DNA of 63,132 nt, counting the filler, from Welwitschia mirabilis (Eukaryota): the NCBI GenBank assembly GCA_051453625.1. It is 5 parts of one record of this genome, joined end to end, with 100 filler letters (N's around TTAATTAATTAA, not from the genome) between each part and the next. Parts side by side here need not be neighbours in the genome. Positions count along the whole stretch, not along the records: positions 36,307 to 43,385 come from JBOZIK010000001.1; positions 43,486 to 61,239 come from JBOZIK010000001.1; 3 more parts are not named here. One strand, written 5' to 3'. How positions within the stretch are numbered: position 1 is the stretch's first letter; every line of letters starts with the position of its first letter. The position numbers and the translations under genes are program-made. The notes under the pieces are model-generated. The model was not told the DNA's origin and did no database searches. It saw only the letters and a program-made list of their open reading frames with translations. Of this stretch, positions 38,030 to 51,289 are shown in pieces.

Positions 38030-39400
38030 ATTTTATGGAGGATGAATCACTCTTGAAAAGATTGTGAATTTTTTTTTTTCTCCAAAATAATGAATGAACT
38101 AGAATAATGATTCCATACCCTTCTTAAACTACTTTTCATTCAAGGAGAATCCTCCCAAGTAACTTAGATAAATAAACCTTAAAAAAAGTTTGTAGAAGAA
38201 TGCTATTAGAAAGAGGATAAATATTTGAAACCTCTAGATCATGATATCCATTGGATAGAAGGCTTAAGGGACTTAAGCATATAGCCTTAGAACACCTAGA
38301 CAAAGTAAGAAAAAATAAATATGACATTAATACCCACTTTTGAAGGCCAAAAATCAGAAAAACCCTTATTGTATTTGAGTTTGTTTGATGCCTTCTATGA
38401 AAAAATTTGTCCTAATTCATAACCTGATTATCTAAGGCATTTTCCTTTTTTTACACCTTTAGCTCATGGGGAATTCTTAAGAATGCTTTCTTAGCTAAAT
38501 TTTAGTTCATAAGGATAGTTGAAGATTTAATAGAATAAATTTTAAACATTAAACAAAAAGATAATAAAAGATTTAATGAATTCATGGATAACCATAATGT
38601 ATTGTTAGAAAAATTCTCTAATCATGGAATGATAGCTAGAGAATGATTCAAAGCTTTACTTAAAGAATTATAAAGTTAAACTTTAAAGGACCTAAACTTA
38701 CATTATAGAAAAAGCATAAAAACAAAGAACATTCAAGAAGTAGGAGAAGCCATTACTTAGTTTTATAGCATGAGGCTAACATGGGGATAAGAAAAATAAC
38801 AAGAAGAAAAAGGTAAATGAAATATTTACCTCAAAATTAAATGGTAGTATGTATAAATTAAAAAATATCAGTCTTATGAAAGAAGTAACTCAAAAAGTGA
38901 CTAATAGTATTATAGAAAAATTTGATCAATTAGTTGTATAATACTTTAAGGAGGAAAAAGGACCTACTTGTAAATATTGTGGAGAAGATAATCATGAAAG
39001 CATAGAATGCCCTTAGATGTAGGAATTTGTTTAATGATTAAATATCAATTAGATTAGATTTCAATTCAAGAAATCAAATCCAAACTAGAAAAAAAACCAT
39101 ATCCTTATCAAAATAGAAAATGAAAAGGTAAGTTTGAATGGCATTTACAAAAATATGTGAATTCAAAAAGGGAAGAACAATATGATTATTATAAAAATTA
39201 GAGAAATAGAAATCCAAAAGACATGAGAGAAAAATAAAAATTAGAGAAGAAAGAAGGGAAAATTCCTACTCAACCCCAAGGAAATCAATAAGTAAAGTTG
39301 TAAGTACTAGATCTAAAAAATAGAAGGCGACATATGGACCATAGGAAAAGAATACAAATTTAAACAGTTCTTCATATATGATCCTCTACCCTTTCCAATG
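38030..39400 (+). pseudogene. gag: Gypsy gag (Retrotrans_gag + zinc knuckle), degenerate
   Basis: FEGQKSEKPLLYL, LRHFPF, SWGILKNAFLAKF, LLEKFSNHGM, CKYCGEDNHESIEC (~38968-39010). Ends approximate. Confidence 0.85.
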
Positions 39401-39589
39401 AGAAGTAAATAAATAAAACATTTAAAAATTAAAAAAGACATTTAATATTTAACAAAATTTTTATAAGATATAAAAATATTATTACTTCTTTTGAAATTAA
39501 TAAAAGATATACCTATCTCCTAGAAATAAATGAAGAGCATGTGTTTAAAATAAAAGAATAAAAAGGAAAGCAATAAAGTTAAGGGGGAA

Positions 39590-40086
39590 TCCCCATCCAT
39601 TCTACAAAGGATACAACAACATCTCTAATATTCCAAGTGTCGCATACAAAGGAAAAATAAAACGTTTATTAGTACATCTTTTTGTAACATTTTGGTATTT
39701 CAATATAAGGCTAAAAGGCTAACATTTTGAGTATCATTTTATATATGTTCTATTACTTAAAAAATTAATATTATTTTCATTTTCTCCTATGTGTGTACTT
39801 GAACATAATCTATAATACTTATTATTTAGTATTTTATCTAATTTTTACTATGTTTTTCTATTTTCTTTATTCCCCCATAGTATAATATATGTAAATAGAA
39901 CATTTTATCATCAAATAAACCAACCTAACTAGTGTAAGTAACTTCATCATAATATTCTTGTGATGATACATTTTGATCTAAATAGTTAAATCTTAACTAG
40001 TTCTTTAGCAAGCCTTTGATTTTTATTTAATGGTTTAAGCTTTTTTTAGGTTAATGACATTATAGTTTTTGCACTTTTCTGGTATG
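39590..40086 (+). repeat. Partial family-B LTR (3' half, truncated)
   Basis: Direct repeat of ~37230-37805 (ttagtacatcttt, ttttggtatttcaatataagg, aagtaacttcatcat, ttttatttaatggtttaagc). Confidence 0.85.
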
Positions 40087-43000
40087 CTGATAAATAGATA
40101 GTTTAAATAAACTTTAAATAAGTAATACCTCTTTTATTAACTAATTTGAAAAAATTCTAAAGAGAGTGAAAGTATTTTTTCCGCCCTATAAGAGTTTCCT
40201 AAATAATTTAATATAGACTTATGATTATAATACATTCTTATTCTTTGTCTATTAACTTGATAGGTTATTATCTCATTAGGATCATATATCTCTATGACTC
40301 CATTTTCCAAAAATTTTATTATAGTATAGGGTCCTAGCCAATTTTTCTCATACTTTTGTTTAGAATGGATATTTTTAAAATCATAGATTAGTATATAATT
40401 GCCTACATTAAAATTGGTTTTCCTAATTTTATTATCATGATATATTTTAGTTTTTGGTTGTATGAGTTCTTTATGCAAAAAAGCTTCTTTTCTGTTTTCA
40501 TCTAAAATATTTATATTTCTATCCATTTATTTTGAGTTGTATCCAAGTCACAGTTTAATTATTTAGCCAAATTTAATATATTTATTATAAATTCAATTAG
40601 AAAAATAGAGCTTTTTCCATAGATTAATTCATATGATGTAAACCCTATGTTATATTATTAGGTTCTTCTATAAGTCCATAAAGCTTCATTTCATTTGTTA
40701 GCGTAATCTGTTTTCTTAATATTTATGACCTTTGTTAATATTCTATTAATTTCTTTATTAGTCACTTCAACTTGGCCATTATATTGAGGATGATAGGTAG
40801 TAGAGAGTTTGTGGTGGATTCAATGTCTGAGCAAGAGCTTCTTGAATACTTTACTAGTAAAATGAGTTTCTTATTAGATATAAGACATCAAGGAAATCCA
40901 AATCGATAAATAATATTCCTAAGGAAAAAGATAACTATGATTTGGGAATAACAATGAGACATAACCTTAGCCTCAGCCCACTTAGTGAAGTAATCAATGC
41001 AGACTAAAATGTATCATTTTTCATAGGAAGAAGGATTGATATATCTAATAAAATATATTCTTCAAACATTAAAAGGTTCAATTGATTTCATCCATTATTA
41101 TAGCATCTCTAATCTATAGTTAAAGACTCATTCCCTTTAATACTTATCACAACTTTGGATATAAGCATTTGAATTTTTGAATATAGTGGATCAGTAGTAT
41201 TTCATATGATAATTTTTTTAGCCTGCTCTTTTTGCATGATAATGTCCTCATCATTCTCTCTCATGACCTTTCTTTAGAACCTCTCTTTGTAAATATTCTT
41301 CTATAAATCTTCTAATAACATGACCTTTACATTTTTTAAACAACATCTTATCATCCAAAATGTAGTATCTAGATTTCCTTAATAATATTTTTCTTTTAAT
41401 ACAAATCATAAAAAATGGTAATTTTTTTAATCACAATGAAGTTAGATATATTAGCATATCATGGATGGGTTTTTACTTGAAAAATATATTCATCTGGAAA
41501 CTCATCTCTTTTGCTTATATATTCTTCATTAGGGAACTCTAGTCTTAAGAGGTAATTTGCTACCACATTATCTATCCCTTTTTTGTTAATAATATTTAAT
41601 TCAAATTATTTCATCAATAGTATTCATCTCATAATTTTTAAATTTTTCTTTTTTTATTCATCAAAAATCTAATAGTACTATAATCTATATGAGCTTTCAG
41701 TTTGTAACCTGAAATATAATGCCTTAATTTTTCAAATTCCATAACTACTACTAACAAATCTTTCTCTATTACTACGTAATTTTGTTAAGCTGCTTGAAAG
41801 TTATTACTAATGGAAGCAATGACATATGATTTATTATCTTCATCTTTTTTCCCCAGCACTACTCCCATAGCATAATTAGATGTATCAGTTATAATGTAAA
41901 ATGGTCTCATCCAATTAGCTCTTTATAAGATAAGTGTTAAGAAAAGCTTATCTTTTAAGGTTTGATAAGCACATTGACATTTTTCTGTTCAATCATATTC
42001 CATATCCTTTTGTAAAAGGTTACTCAAAGGTTTAGTAATTTTACTAACATTAGATATAAATCTTCTATAATATCCAACATGCCCTAATAAAGATCTTAAT
42101 TCTTTTAGTTTAGTCAGGGGTAAAATTCCTTTTATAGCTTTAATTTTTTATTCATTAGTATCAATCTCTTTTTCAAATATTTTATATTTTAGTATTGTGG
42201 CTTTTATCACTATAAGATAACTAAGTTTGGATTTTTTTTCTTCACATCTCTCTCAAAATTTTTTTAACCTATCTACTTACTCCTTAAAATGATTTTCAAA
42301 AGTTGAGAAATCATCCATAAATACTTCAAATGATCTCCCTATTATATCTTGAAAAATGTTGTCTACTAACCTTTGAAAAATAGTGGGGGTATTGCATAAT
42401 CCGAATGATAATACTTTATACGCATAGGTACCCCAATAAGTGAAAATTGTCTTAGATTGATCCTCTAAAGCTATTATTACCTAATTATAGGCACTATGTC
42501 CATCTAGAATACTATAGTACTAATTTCTAGATATTCTTTTAAAACTTGATCTATAATTGGGAGAGAAAATTTATCTTTATAAGTTATTATATTCAACATT
42601 CAAAAGTCTATACATACTCTCCATTTATTTCCTTTCTTTGGAACCATTGTGACAGCACTAATCCATTCTAAATTGGATATAGGATAAATGAATACAACAT
42701 CCAAGAGTTTGAAAATTTCTTATTTAATTACCTTTTATATGTGTGGGTTGCATCTTCTTTATGGTTGTCTATTTGGTTGATAGAGATATCTAAATAAATC
42801 CTATGTTAACATCTTTTTGAATGTATTCCTATAATATCAATATAATTCCAAGTAAAATCTCCTTTTTTATAATTAATATTCTTTTAAGATTCCTTTTCTA
42901 TGAATAAGTTAAAAAAATATTTATAATTAGAGGTCTATTTAAAGATACCTTGATATACTGTAATCCTTCCTTGAGTGGAAGTTTTTTAATTTCTTAAGAT

Positions 43001-43385
43001 GTTAAATATTCCTCTTCATACATTTCTTCATTTTATTTATTCAATAATAGACTAACCTCTTATGTAAGAATTGCATTAATTCTAGCTTTTATATTCTATA
43101 TAATTTCTTCTATAACCATCACATCGAATCATTTAAAGGTCTTATAGGTTGATTTCCATTACCCCTCTTCTAAAATAAATAGTAGCATCCACTGTAGCCA
43201 TCCAAGACCTTCCTAGAATTATTGCATGGATATCTCTCAAAATCTTCATTACTAATGAATTTGTCAAGTAGATAAATCCCTAGAGTTAGATGGGTATATC
43301 CTTTAGAAATCCTTCTATTATTACTGCTGATCCATCTATGAGGTATGCTTTTTTTTGATAAGATATTAGATTTGGCTTTCCTAGT
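40087..43385 (-). mobile_element. pol: Athila-like pol (PR C-terminus, RT, RNase H, INT), probably family B (B2), degenerate
   Basis: IILGRSWMAT, KWRVCIDF, FGLCNTPTIFQR, EVFMDDFS (~42310-42325), TDTSNYAMG, DYFTKWAEAK, YHPQYNGQVE, WLGPYTII; no chromodomain. Confidence 0.95.
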
Positions 43386-43429
43386 NNNNNNNNNNNNNNN
43401 NNNNNNNNNNNNNNNNNNNNNNNNNNNNN

Positions 43430-43441
43430 TTAATTAATTAA
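43430..43441. other. Artificial scaffold linker TTAATTAATTAA
   Basis: N44-linker-N44. Confidence 0.95.
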
Positions 43442-43485
43442 NNNNNNNNNNNNNNNNNNNNNNNNNNNNNNNNNNNNNNNNNNNN

Positions 43486-46400
43486 TAATAGAGCCTATAA
43501 AGTCAGTCCCCTAATAATTAAAAGGTTCATATTCAAGTATAGGTTTAAGGAGCATATCTTGAGAATGTATTAGGCTCCCATAACATTGACAAGCATTGCA
43601 CCTTCTAGCAAAATCAAAAGAGTCTTTAAAAATGATAGGCTAATAAAAACTAGAATGAATAATTTTTAGTACATTCTTTTGGACATTAAAGTATCCTCCA
43701 TGTACTCCACCATGGTAAAGGTTAAGGATCTCTAAGTTTGCCATTTAGGCATACATTTACACATGATTTAGTCTTTGCATCTTTAGTAAAGATGGGATTC
43801 ATTCCACTCATAGTTATAGATCCTATGAAGAAAATACTTTCATTGGTTATGGTTTCCATCTTAAGGTGTTTTCATGGTAACAATCTATTCATAATATTAG
43901 CATACCAAGGAGTGAGATGAGTAGAAGAGATGATATAAAGTTGTTCAATAGCAAATAGTTGTTCATATGGGAACGATTCATTTATAGGAGAGTTGAGATA
44001 AGTGATCTGCAACATTATTATGTTTTCCAGCCTTATCAATGATGGTAATATTGAATTCTTATATGAGAATAATCCACCTAATAAGTTTGGTATTAGAATA
44101 TTTATTAGTCATAAGATAGCATATTGCTGCATGATCTATGTAAACATTAATATGAAAACTAAGAAAATAGTGTTTAAGATGATCAAGGTTAAAAATAATG
44201 GCAAGCATTTTCCTTTTAATAATAGTGTAGTCAGATTGGACTTTGGACAAAGTTTTACTAAGATAGGATATGACTTCCAGATCATTTTCACATTTTTGGT
44301 TAAGAACCCCATCCACATCAATCTTGCTTGCATCACCCATGAGTTTAAAGTCTTTAGTCTAATTGGGACATGTGATAATAGGTTCAAAAGAAATTTTATT
44401 TTTAAGTGTGTTAAAACTAAGTTGGCATAAATTATTCTAATCAAATTTAGAATCTTTCTTACGTAATTAGTAAAGAAGTTTACAAACCTTAGCATAATCA
44501 TGAATAAAACGATGATAGAAACTAGTATGATCAAGAAATGATCTAACATATTTGATATTGATTAGAGGATTGAGGTTTTTAATGATATCAATTTTTATAG
44601 GGTCCATCTTAATCCCTTCATTAAAAATATGATGATGTAAAACAATTCCATTATTGACCAAAAGGAATCTTTTTTCTCAGCTTAAATGTAGGCCAATTTC
44701 TGTACATCAATCGAAGACTTTCTCTAATCTTTCTATGATTTGTTCAAAATTTTCACTAAAGATGGAGAAGTCATCCATAAATATTTCAATAGAATTCTCT
44801 ATCATGTTAGAAAATATCCTTATCATTACTTGTTTAAAAGTTCTAAGATCATTGTAAAGTCCAAAAGAAATTTTTCTAAAGGAAAAGGTTTTAAAGGATG
44901 AGGTAAAAGTTATTTTTTCTTGGTTTTCACTTACTATGTAAATTTTATTATAGCCACTATACCCATCAAGAAAACAATAATAGACATGACCTTGAATTCT
45001 CTCAAGTATTTGATTAAGAAAGGATAAAATACAATAATCCTTTTAGTAACCTCATTAATTTTTTAAAATCAATACACATTCTCCATTTCCCATTATTTTT
45101 TGAAACTACTGTTAAAGGGCTAACCTACTCACCATCGGATATATCATAAATGATCCTAACATTCATAAGTTTAATAATTTCATCTTTAACTACTTGCTTA
45201 AGGGCTAGGTTAAATCTTCATTAGGGTTGCCTAATAGATTTAGCATTATCTTCAAGGTAAATTTTATGTTGGACTATGAAACGAGGGATGGAAGCTAGGT
45301 CTTTATGGGTCCAAGTAATAGCATCTTTTTTAAAAGTCAAAAGGGAGATCAGGTTGGATTCTTATGAAGAAGTAAGAAGGTTACTTAATATCAAAGGTTT
45401 CTTCCAATTATTGGATAGAAAAATATATTTTAGACCCTTGGGTAACTCCTTTAATTTTAAGTTGGAATTTTCAAGTGTCATCCTATTTATCATAATGGTG
45501 ATAGACATGGGACGACACTTTTCAAAAAGGTTTTTAATGAATTGAACATGTTGGATTTCATCATATTTGAAAGATTTCTTATTCTCATGCTNNNNNNNNN
45601 NNNNNNNNNNNNNNNNNNNNNNNNNNNNNNNNNNNNNNNNNNNNNNNNNNNNNNNNNNNNNNNNNNNNNNNNNNNNNNNNNNNNNNNNNNNAGACCACTC
45701 TCTATACATTGATCTAAGGTACTCTTTAATATTTCTATGATTTGCTTAAAGGTTTTATCAAAGATGGAGAATTAATCCATAAAGATTTTAATAGAATCAT
45801 CTATCATGTCAAAAACCATCCCCATCATTACTCATTAGAAAGTCCCAGGGACATTACAAAGTCTAAAAGGTATTTCTCTAAAGGCAAAGCTTCTAAAGGA
45901 TGAGGTAAAAGTTGTTTTGCTTAGTTCTCACTTGCTATGCAAACTTGATTATAGTCACTTTACCCATCAAGAAAATAATAGTAAGCATATCCTTTGATTC
46001 TATCAAGCACTTGATCAAGAAAAGGTGAAGGGCAATAATCCTTTTTAGTAACATCATTAAGTTTCCTAAAATCAATTCACATTCTTCATTTCCCATTCTT
46101 TTTCGGACCTACTATCAAAGGGCTAACTCTCTCACTATCGGATATAGCTTAGATGATCTTAGCATTCATAAGTTTAGTAATTTAATTTTTAATTGCCTAG
46201 TTAAGGTCTAGGTTAAGCCTTTGTTAAGGTTACCTAATAGGTTTAGCATTATCCTTGAAGTATATTTTGTATTGGCCTATAGAACAAGGGATGGAAGCTA
46301 AGTATTTATGAGTCTAAGAAAAAGCATTTTCTTTAGAAGTCAAAAGTGAAATCAAGTTGGATTCTTATTGATAAGTAATAAGGTCACTTATTATCAAAGG

Positions 46401-49400
46401 TTTCTTTGGATTTTTAGATNNNNNNNNNNNNNNNNNNNNNNNNNNNNNNNNNNNNNNNNNNNNNNNNNNNNNNNNNNNNNNNNNNNNNNNNNNNNNNNNN
46501 NNNNNNNNNNNNNNNNNNNTCTAAGATACTCTTTAATATTTCTATGATTTGTTTAAAGGTTTCATTAAAGATGGAGAATTAATCCATAAAGATTTTAATA
46601 GAATCATCTATCATGTCAAAAACCATCCCTATCATTACTCATTAGAAAGTCCCAGGGACATTGCAAAGTCCAAAAGGTATTTCTCTAAAGGTAAAGCTTC
46701 TAAAGGATGAGGTAAAAGTTGTTTTGCTTAGTCTTTACTTGCTATGCAACCTTGATTATAGTCACTATACCCATCAAGAAAATAATAGTAAGCATGTCCT
46801 TGGATTATATCAAGCACTTGATCAAGAAAGGGTGAAGGGCAATAATCCTTTTTAGTAACCTCATTAAGTTTCCTAAAATCAATTCACATTCTTCATTTCC
46901 CATTCTTTTCAGACCTACTATCAAAGGGCTAACTCTCTCACTATCAGATATAGCTTAGATGATATTAGCATTCATAAGTTTAGTAATTTAATTTGTAATT
47001 GCCTAGTTAAGGTTTAGATTAAACCTTTGTTGAGGTTACCTAATAGGTTTAGCATTATCCTTGAAGTATATTTTGTATTGGACTATAGAACAAGGGATGG
47101 AAGCTAAGTCTTTATGAGTCTAAGAAAAAGCATCTTCTTTAGAAGTCAAAAGTGAAATCAAGTTGGATTCTTATTGATAAGTAAGAAGATCACTTATTAT
47201 CAAAGGTTTCCTTGGATTTTTAGATAGAAAAATTTATTTTAGCCCTTTAGATAACTCTTTGAGTTATAAGTTGAAATTTTTAAGTTTGAGTATTAAATTG
47301 TCATTAATGACTATCATATCGAGATGTCATGCGGTCAACATTAGGGTATGACATTCTTCAAAAAGATTTTCTATCAAATAAACATATTAGATTTTCTCCC
47401 AGTTGAAAGATTCCTCATTCTCATTCTCAAGATAGTTTATTTCAGCTAGGAAATCATATAAAGTTGGTTCAAATAGCATTATCAATATCTCTTTAATTAG
47501 GTGATGTTGTAAAAACAAGGTTGGTTTAAGTTCTTATTTTAAGTGATACTCATCTTTTATTATTTTTAAAAGTTAAAACCTCATGTGTAGGAGGTGTTGT
47601 ATCATTTCCACTTCTTGTTACTACCTTTAAATCTCTCTTAACTTGATTTGGGTTAGGTAAATGTTGAGATGCAAGAAACCCTTGCAGTTTTTGATTGATG
47701 AGCATTATTTTTTAAAGTACATTCACTAATTTTTTAATATTATTATTAGTCTCTTTTTCAATTATTCTATAGAGACTCTGAGTGAATCATTTTGATTTGA
47801 TTGAAATTTAAGGTTGTTTATTTGGAAGTTTGAATTCTTGAATCTATTCTCAAAAGGTTTCAATTGTGATTATCCACCTAACCTTTGTTGAAATTATGAT
47901 TGGCTTTTAAAGTTAGGTTTTCTTTGATTAAATGCATACACTTCTTGAAACATCCTCTCTTTATAAGTAGGTAACAAAGGATACTATTTAGTTTGATGAG
48001 AGTTGTCTTCATAAATATTACATGTTGAAGTTATGCTTTTGTCTTTTACTACCTTTGCATCAACTATCATTTAAGTATACTTCTTAAAAGTGGTAGTAAA
48101 ATCCTTAATTATGTTGGTTAAATTACCTTTCTCTTATTCATTTTCATGTTTTACTTCTTTAAATCTTTTATGATTTGGTCTATAATTTAATTTTCCTTAA
48201 AAGTGGGTTTTGACCAAGTTTGACTTATTTATACTAGATTTTCCAACACATTCCATGCATTATCTAAAACTAAGTTCATCAAGTTTCCATCACAACAAAA
48301 GTATGTAAGTTGTTTATTTTTACTAGTTAATTCACTATAGAAATAATCTATCAATACGTCTTTATGAAATTCATCAATAGGTTAGAATGGATGACTATGA
48401 TAAAATACTCATAAGTTGTGGCATAATTCTCATGAGGCTATTGTTCAAAGTTGGTAAATTTCATCCTTCTTTTTCTCATGGTAATTTCACTCAAAAATAT
48501 TTTACTAAAAAATTCTTGCAATTGGCTCTATGATTTAAGACTCTTATGTGGAATGGTTTTAAGTAAAAGTTTTACCTTTTCTCTAGGTGTGACTGGAAAG
48601 ATAATTATGTAAGTATGATCACTAATTTATTTCTTCCCATTTTTTAAGGTAAGTACAAGTTATTCAACATTAGCTAGATGTTAGAAAGGGTCTTCCTTAG
48701 GTTTACTTGAAAATATTAGATAGGAACTCAAGTTTTTTAATTCTACATCATTACCAGCACATAAATCAAAAGGATTTTAAATTTTACATTTTCTATTAGC
48801 AATAAAATCTCTAAGTGTAACATCTGCGTTCAAATTTAAAGTTCCTATTACGATTGACATATTAATAAAAACTTCTTACACTTTAATTCATGATTTAAGG
48901 CTCTTTTGCAAAATTTAACTCTGAAATAATAAAATCAAAAAAATCTTCTTCTTCAATTCTTAGAATTTACAGACTAAAGTGTGCATACTTGGATTTTGCT
49001 TGAGGTTGAATAATGCTTCTCTGATTTTTTTTTAATCAAGTTCCACTCTCTTTAATATTTTTTTCCTACCAAANNNNNNNNNNNNNNNNNNNNNNNNNNN
49101 NNNNNNNNNNNNNNNNNNNNNNNNNNNNNNNNNNNNNNNNNNNNNNNNNNNNNNNNNNNNNNNNNNNNNNNNNNNNNNNNNNNNNNNNNNNNNNNNNNNN
49201 NNNNNNNNNNNNNNNNNNNNNNNNNNNNNNNNNNNNNNNNNNNNNNNNNNNNNNNNNNNNNNNNNNNNNNNNNNNNNNNNNNNNNNNNNNNNNNNNNNNN
49301 NNNNNNNNNNNNNNNTCTAAGTGTAACATTTGCGTTCAAATTTAAAGTTCTTATTACGATTGACATATTAATAAAAACTTCTTACACTTGAATTCATGAT

Positions 49401-51289
49401 TTAAGGTTCTTTTGCAAAATTTAACTCTGAAATAATAAAATTAAAAAAATCTTATTCTTCAATTCTTAGAATTTGCACACCTAAAGTGTGTATACTTGGA
49501 TTTTGCTTGAGGTTAAATAATGCTTCTCTGATTTTTTTTCTAATCAAGTTCCACTCTCTCTAATATTTTTTTCTACCAAAATTCACTATGTCCCTACATA
49601 CTTTAGATAGTGAACAAAAACTAAAATAAAAAATAACTAATAATCATCCACTTGGTCATGGGAATGATAAGAGGGATGACGATAATAATAGTAAAAAATT
49701 AAAATTAGAAAACATTGTCATAAATAGAAAAATAGACTATTGTTCAATTTATCATAAGGATGATATAGAAGATAGCAGTATTTTTTATTACTGCTATCGA
49801 TAAAAAGAAAATTTGCAAAAAAGAAAATAAATTAAAAAAACTATGATTATTATTTTCAATGTCATGGGGATGACTAAAAGGAAAATAGTAATTCTTTTTA
49901 TTTTAACTATGAAAAACAAAAATTACTAAAATAAATCTACTAAACTACAATGAAAATACAATTCTATTTCAAATAAATAACCTGAACTAAAATTCAAGGT
50001 ACTTATCAAAAATGTGATAATCCTCTAGCTTCTTATAGACTTCCCCGGCACCAATGCCAAAATGTTATAGTGTGAAATTGTGCAATATTTAAGTACTTAA
50101 ACAAAAACTATAAATCATAATACTTGCAGAAAAACACATACTAATATAGATGGGAGTTAACTTAAATGTTTTAATCTATTGAAGGCACCATGCTAGAAGT
50201 TAGATAATTAATTTCACAAAGTATTTAGTCTTTTCTATTTTAGTAAATAAAAAATAAAGAATAATGCAATGTGATGCAAGATGAAGATGATAAAATTCAA
50301 TAGATGAAATACAAGTGTAATGAGTTCTATTTGGATTCCAATCCTCTTGTCATAAGAATTAGTTCTTATAACTCAAATTAATTAAAAAGAGTTTATCACT
50401 TATACCTAATAAACATAAAATATCAGATATGTCAAACAAAATATGAATAATGCACATATCGAAATGGAATAAAATGGAATGCAATGTAAGATTTAAACTA
50501 ATAAATTCAACCTTAATAAAGGTTTCCCTTATAATCTAAATAAACTATGGAGTTCTCACCAAATCATAACCAACTTATACTAAAAGGGACATTTACACAA
50601 TAGGAGTAAAAATAGTTCTTGAATTAATCATCAATTTAACATTCACTTACAACAAAGTAGTAGCATCTTAATGGAGGATACTTAGCCCAACACCAAGGTA
50701 ATCTTCTCTCTGTAGCTAATGGATGAACCTCTTATTCTTCAATCTTTTATCACAATAATATCCAGTACAAAAGATGGAAATAAAAGTGAAGAAAATGGAG
50801 GGTATTTATAGTTTTACATTGAAGTTCTAAAATCATAACTCTAAGAGTTAGAGAAGAAAGACCCCATTGCAAAAATAATTCTTTCGTCTATAAGAAATAG
50901 TTTTCATCCTAACTATTACTTGTATGATAATGGAAATGATACTCTATAATAAAAGGTGATCCATTAGCTTTAGGCCCTGCAATCAACTTCATAGCTTTTA
51001 TCCTTGCTAATAGTAGTATCGTCTTGATTATTATGGGGATGATAAAGGGGATGATAGACTTATTTATCCTTTCAGCTTAAGAGAAAGTAGTCTTATACAT
51101 TTTTAATCCTTTCTTTAAGGCATGAAGTATCAAAATAAGCCTGAGATGCCTTCAAATATGCTAATAATTTCATGTTTTAGTGAACATCCTATCAATTCTT
51201 CATAATCATTGAAGTTGCATTCAAACCTATATAGATGTCTTGCAAAATTACTTAAAATAATTAAAATCATATAAATTGGCATCACAACA
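43486..51289 (-). mobile_element. Athila-like element E: 5' LTR, PBS, gag, RT (three copies), RNase H, start of INT
   Basis: LTR 50063-51289; PBS ttttggcattggtgccgggga (50042-50062); gag ~47600-48860 (KPKEDPF*HL, QGFLASQHLPNP, VVTRSG); RT FLDGYSGY and IFMDDFSIF; RH DASKIDVDGVL; INT HGGVHGGYF. Confidence 0.9.
50063..51289 (-). repeat. 5' LTR of element E (~1227 bp), inserted at the end of A2 RNase H
   Basis: TGTTGTGAT...ACTATAACA termini; adjacent PBS; shares catactaatatagatgggagt with LTR C; ctataaatacc at ~50805. Confidence 0.85.

Noticed and set aside
44002-44549. 142-aa and 137-aa ORFs as novel genes
   Set aside because: Antisense or off-frame shadows of the RNase H region
45692-47225. 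Apparent extra RT copy (45692-46419 vs 46520-47225)
   Set aside because: Very high identity and bounded by 100-N gaps; most likely an assembly or haplotype duplicate
50042-50062. tRNA gene at PBS-like motifs
   Set aside because: Only short tRNA-complementary primer sites next to LTRs; no cloverleaf
15054-51289. LTR C and LTR E as the two ends of one 36-kb nested element
   Set aside because: Only patchy similarity, no TSD, hosts with different LTR families, and three scaffold joins in between
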